From NCBI GenBank assembly GCA_012964235.1, contig DTUJ01000081.1, positions 1 to 49,764 on the forward strand: a stretch of 49,764 bases of DNA, read 5' to 3'. Below the pieces are notes generated by a model. The model was not told the origin of the DNA. It was given only the letters and a program-made list of their open reading frames with translations, and did no database searches. Of the stretch, positions 46,070-49,764 are shown one piece after another; the stretch's first letter is position 1, and every line of letters begins with the position of its first letter. The position numbers and the translations under genes are program-made. Origin of the DNA: Fidelibacterota bacterium (lineage in GTDB: Bacteria > Fidelibacterota > Marinisomatia > Marinisomatales > UBA8229).

Positions 46070-47260
46070 TCAGCTAAAACTATTAAAAACATCCATATAT
46101 TTTATCCCACTACCGGTGATGAATAAGACAATTTGTTCATCCTTCTGAATTTGTCCGTTTTCCAATAGATTTTCCAAAGCTGCAACAGTTGCCCCGGCTT
46201 CCGGAGCAGCAAATATTCCTTCGGCTTTTCCCAATGGAGTCACACCTTCAAGTAATGCATCATCGCTAACAGCGAGAGCATATCCATTACTATCACGAAT
46301 AGATTGCAAAATAAGAAAGTCACCTATTGCTGACGGAACACGAAGACCTGAAGCCACAGTATCAGCACCTTCAAAAGGTGGAGCATTATCCAATCCTTCA
46401 TTAAAAGCACGAACTATGGGAGCACATCCTTCAGCCTGAACAGAAATCATTTTCGGTCGCTTTGAATCAATCCAACCCAATTCTTCCATTTCCTGAAATG
46501 CCTTCCACATTCCGATTATTCCCGTACCTCCACCTGTGGGATAAATAATTACATCAGGTAATTGCCAGTTCAGTTGTTCAGCAAGTTCATAACCCATTGT
46601 TTTTTTCCCTTCAACACGATAAGGCTCTTTCAATGTTGAAATATCAAACCATCCTTCTGCCTCTTTCCTTTTAGCAACAATTTTTCCACAATCACTGATT
46701 AATCCATCAATTTTTTCTACAATTGCTCCGTATTGTTCACACTCAATTTGGAATGCGTCTGGAGTATCATCTGGCATGAAAACATAGGCTTCCTGACCAG
46801 CTTTTGCAGCATAAGCAGCTGCAGCGCCCCCGGCATTCCCTGCTGTAGGGATGGCAATTTTTTTCACTCCCTTTTCTTTTGCCTGCGAGATAGCAGCGCT
46901 CATCCCACGGGCTTTAAATGAACCGGTTGGATTAAGTGACTCGTCTTTGAGGTAAAGATTAGAGAAGCCCAACAATTCTCCCAATCGTTTGGCTTTGAAT
47001 AGTGGCGTCCACCCTTCTCCTAAAGTAATGATATTTTCTTCGTATTCTACAGGCATCATTTCTTTATACCGCCACATTGTTGGCTCACAATACAGTAATT
47101 GATCTTTCCGGATGATGGATCGTGCTTTTTCAATATCATATCGGGCAAAGAGAGGAAGACTGCAAGAAGTACACAGATTCAATAATTGTTCTTTAGGGAA
47201 AATCTTGCTACAGCTTGTACATTCAAGATGACTGAATGTGGACTTGGTTCGTTTATCCAA
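46070..47260 (-). CDS. thrC: threonine synthase(-like) PLP enzyme with an N-terminal zinc ribbon
   Basis: 396 aa with CTSC...CTSC at the N-terminus, the PLP lysine in NPTGSFKARGMS, and a GGGTG loop. Whether it is the housekeeping ThrC or a paralogue cannot be decided from this window. Confidence 0.75.
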   Translation of the reverse strand: MDKRTKSTFSHLECTSCSKIFPKEQLLNLCTSCSLPLFARYDIEKARSIIRKDQLLYCEPTMWRYKEMMPVEYEENIITLGEGWTPLFKAKRLGELLGFSNLYLKDESLNPTGSFKARGMSAAISQAKEKGVKKIAIPTAGNAGGAAAAYAAKAGQEAYVFMPDDTPDAFQIECEQYGAIVEKIDGLISDCGKIVAKRKEAEGWFDISTLKEPYRVEGKKTMGYELAEQLNWQLPDVIIYPTGGGTGIIGMWKAFQEMEELGWIDSKRPKMISVQAEGCAPIVRAFNEGLDNAPPFEGADTVASGLRVPSAIGDFLILQSIRDSNGYALAVSDDALLEGVTPLGKAEGIFAAPEAGATVAALENLLENGQIQKDEQIVLFITGSGIKYMDVFNSFS

Positions 47261-48023
47261 TTTCTTCTATCAGTTTCTCAGGTGAAGACTCCAAAATTAA
47301 AGCACGGGCAAGAATTTTTGTTGAATCAATCAGTGGCTTCCCATTGATTTTATTATCTTTTATAGCCAAGGGTATTTCCGTACACCCCATGATAATTATT
47401 TCTGCACCTTCCTTGTCCAAATAATCTATCCCTTTTAATAATTCCTTTTTTGCCTGGGCTGTTACAGGACTTGACTGTGCTTTAATTCCATAATCCTTAC
47501 TGAAAATAGCAGGGCTAATATAATTTTTCTGAATTTCCTCTGAAACTTGAATTCCGTTTAATCCGTATTGCGAAAAACAATCAGGATAAACATGTGAAAT
47601 GGATGTTCCCATTGTGGACAAAATACCCACATTTTCCATAGATGGATATTTATTCTTAATAAACTTGGACACTTCATTTATCATGTGAACCAGTTTTACT
47701 TCTTTGGGAATTCTTTCAATAATTTCATTGAAAATTGGTGTTGCATGAGCAGTATTACAGGGCATTCCGATTATGCATGCTCCAATTTTTGATAAGGTAC
47801 CAATGACTTCTGATATAGCACTGGCGGGATTGACATCAGATTTTCCTGAAAGGAATTCGGTTCGATCAGATATTGAATGAGGTATTGATAACATGGCTAT
47901 GGGTAAATGGTCTTGGTCAGATGCTGCTTTGGTCTGATTAAATATCTTCTGGACCAGGTCAATGCCGGCATGTGGTCCCATTCCACCAATCACACCAATC
48001 ATTTTTTTATCGTCTGTATTCAT
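47253..48023 (-). CDS. aspartate/glutamate racemase family protein
   Basis: 256 aa with GVIGGMGP and two catalytic Cys motifs (MPCNTAHA and MGCTEIPL). Its 3' end overlaps the threonine synthase start by 8 nt. Confidence 0.8.
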   Translation of the reverse strand: MNTDDKKMIGVIGGMGPHAGIDLVQKIFNQTKAASDQDHLPIAMLSIPHSISDRTEFLSGKSDVNPASAISEVIGTLSKIGACIIGMPCNTAHATPIFNEIIERIPKEVKLVHMINEVSKFIKNKYPSMENVGILSTMGTSISHVYPDCFSQYGLNGIQVSEEIQKNYISPAIFSKDYGIKAQSSPVTAQAKKELLKGIDYLDKEGAEIIIMGCTEIPLAIKDNKINGKPLIDSTKILARALILESSPEKLIEEIG

Positions 48024-48034
48024 ACTCGTTTGAT

Positions 48035-48751
48035 TTACAACCAGCTTTTGTCAAGTGTTTTTTGGCCCAGAACTTCCTGCAGGTCAGCCACGCTGGGGAT
48101 AACCGCATAGTGCGGGCAGGCCCTTAGCTGTTTTTCGTTGCTAGCCCCGCTCAGCACACCGATGGCTAGTACACCCGCATTGTGAGCGGCTTGCATATCG
48201 TAACAGGTGTCACCGACGGCTAGCACGCGAGACGCATCGTTGCAACCAGTCAATTCCATTGCTTTGAGAATCAGGTCCGGAGCTGGTCTGCCCCTGTTTA
48301 CGTCATCTCCACAAACCATCGCATCCGCGATTCCTGACCAGCTTATACTGTCAAGCATCAATGATGCGATATGGCGATCAATCCCTGTATTCAAGGCAAT
48401 CAGCACGTCCCGATCCTTCAGCCATCCGATTACTTCCCCGGCTCCTGATATCGTTTTGACACCCTGTTCTGAAACGTATTTCCGCAGTAGCTCCTGGAAG
48501 GTTTGGTAAACCGATTCCGTCCTTGTCGCGGCCTGGGACCCGAGGTGCCTTTGGAGCAGCATGGCTAAAGCCTCCCGTTTCGAGCGCCCCCGGATTGCAT
48601 TGATTTCTTCGTTCTTCAGCATGACTCCAGATTCCTTGAAGGCCTGCCGGAAGGCTCCAGTTACATAATCCCCAACCCGAAGTGTGGTGCCTGCCAAGTC
48701 GAAGACAACGAGATCAATTCGATCTAACAGTTGCGGAATTAAGCGCTGCAT
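48035..48751 (-). CDS. phosphonatase-like HAD hydrolase (PhnX-like)
   Basis: 238 aa. Motif I is DLAGT (the phosphonatase-type DxAGT, not DxDxT). GRPAPD carries Arg where ordinary HADs have Lys. GDTCYDMQAAHNAG is motif IV. A cap-region Lys (RGRSKREAL) is present. Confidence 0.7.
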   Translation of the reverse strand: MQRLIPQLLDRIDLVVFDLAGTTLRVGDYVTGAFRQAFKESGVMLKNEEINAIRGRSKREALAMLLQRHLGSQAATRTESVYQTFQELLRKYVSEQGVKTISGAGEVIGWLKDRDVLIALNTGIDRHIASLMLDSISWSGIADAMVCGDDVNRGRPAPDLILKAMELTGCNDASRVLAVGDTCYDMQAAHNAGVLAIGVLSGASNEKQLRACPHYAVIPSVADLQEVLGQKTLDKSWL

Positions 48752-48763
48752 TTACTGAAGAAT

Positions 48764-48796
48764 AAAAAAAAGGCGGTGAATTCACCGCCTTTTTTC
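48764..48796 (-). terminator. strong bidirectional rho-independent terminator
   Basis: A perfect 20-nt palindrome AGGCGGTGAA/TTCACCGCCT (48771-48790) is flanked by A8 and T6. On the minus strand it follows the TonB-dependent receptor stop. Confidence 0.85.
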
Positions 48797-48813
48797 TGTT
48801 ATTATTTAAGAAA

Positions 48814-49764
48814 TTAGAAATTATACATCAACCGTAAGTACGTCATACCACCATGGTAACCAATGGGTGTTCGGCGTGGGTAAGGCATACCCTGAGATGC
48901 ACGTGTTGCAATCTCAGTTGGATATGTATTTAAGATGTTGTTGGAACCAAAAACCATAGAGAGGTTGCTGCTCATATTATAACGCAGTTCTAAATCGATT
49001 AGTTGTGTTGGATCAACGACTTCCTGAGTACCACGTTCATCCTTGGTTTCTCCATAGTAATTGATGCGGACCAAAGCAGACAAATTCTGGTTAATGTCAT
49101 GACCCACTGTCGCAGTTAAGCGGATTTTTGGCAGGTTATTCTCAATATTGAAAACACCCCCGTCAGTTACAGGGTTCACTCCATTTACTTGCCGTTGTGG
49201 AAGTACCACCTCGGTACTATTGGTATTCATTGCTAGAGCGATGTCCGTCTTTCCCATATCATAGACTGCCACAATATCTATTCCTGATGTCTTTGTATCA
49301 ACTGAATTTGTGTAAATTGCAATATCTGTAAAGGATGCGCTGCTTCCTTCAGGTACTGTCAATGATCGGGATTTTATAATCTTATTTGTAACGTCTATAT
49401 TGTACATATCAACCGTCAAATTCAGGTTTGGCAAGAAACTGGTGGTGAAGCCAAAACTGGTATTGGTTGCCTCTTCCGGAACCAGTGCTTTGCCACCCAT
49501 TAAAACAGAAAGCGGGTCATCCGGTTTTAAGGTACCTTCTTGAATCTGCATTCCGGTCACTCCGTCAAATGAGGTGACAACCCCTGTGTAATTCGACTGT
49601 CCAGGCGTTGGAGCCCTGAAACCTGTGGAATAACTACCTCTAAATGTGGCTATATTGCCCAGTGAATAGCGACCTGCTAGTTTGAAGTTGGTCGTAGCCC
49701 CGAAATCTGAAAAATCCTCCATACGAGCTGCAACCAGAATGAGTAGATCATCACTCAGGTCCCA
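48814..49764 (-). CDS. TonB-dependent receptor, C-terminal barrel (5' end outside the window)
   Basis: The reading frame stays open to the window edge upstream of the listed Met. The sequence shows beta-barrel strand periodicity and the canonical C-terminus ...TYLRLMYNF. Confidence 0.8.
   Translation of the reverse strand, partial: WDLSDDLLILVAARMEDFSDFGATTNFKLAGRYSLGNIATFRGSYSTGFRAPTPGQSNYTGVVTSFDGVTGMQIQEGTLKPDDPLSVLMGGKALVPEEATNTSFGFTTSFLPNLNLTVDMYNIDVTNKIIKSRSLTVPEGSSASFTDIAIYTNSVDTKTSGIDIVAVYDMGKTDIALAMNTNSTEVVLPQRQVNGVNPVTDGGVFNIENNLPKIRLTATVGHDINQNLSALVRINYYGETKDERGTQEVVDPTQLIDLELRYNMSSNLSMVFGSNNILNTYPTEIATRASQGMPYPRRTPIGYHGGMTYLRLMYNF

Noticed and set aside
48207-48509. 100-aa plus-strand ORF inside the HAD gene
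   Set aside because: It is antisense to the PhnX-like gene, Ser/Pro/Ala-rich, and a product of the local high GC.

Overview
This looks like a bacterial chromosomal segment. I found no transposase, integrase, phage genes or CRISPR array. It is AT-rich overall, but GC varies locally: hand counts of single 60-nt lines range from about 35% to 57%. I call about 46 protein genes, one tRNA-Asp(GTC), one orphan 5S-like rRNA gene, one cobalamin riboswitch and two intrinsic terminators. Most genes are housekeeping (mltG, pcrA, fur-feoAB, trpS, scpAB, a cmk-rpsA fusion, tsaD, ugd-rfbCB, rlmN, PNP, ggt). The gene content fits a marine heterotroph of the FCB group, possibly Marinimicrobia-like, but I cannot establish taxonomy without a search. 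The stand-out region is a minus-strand block at 27.5-36.1 kb. It starts with MoxR ATPase and DUF58, followed by a tightly packed operon of five genes: a HEAT-repeat membrane protein, a Rieske Fe-S protein, a b6-type cytochrome b, an enlarged 8-TM subunit-IV-like protein, and a 1002-aa membrane-anchored coiled-coil octahaem cytochrome c. This is a Rieske/cyt b complex with no c1/f-type subunit and an unusual accessory set. A second region of interest lies at 41-49 kb. It holds an orphan lipoprotein with a heavy-metal-binding domain, a lone 5S-like gene with a truncated helix IV, and a 116-aa protein with 15 cysteines in two tandem modules. It also holds a cluster of amino-acid-transforming enzymes ending in a locally GC-rich phosphonatase-like (DxAGT) HAD hydrolase that sits directly behind a strong terminator. 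Smaller observations are a cobalamin riboswitch with attenuator in front of a btuB-like receptor, a solitary ECF-S-like membrane protein coupled to a putative outer-membrane barrel, a 13-codon upstream ORF with the strongest Shine-Dalgarno in the window, and a G9 tract inside rfbB. Every family assignment comes from motif recognition by eye; no database search was run.
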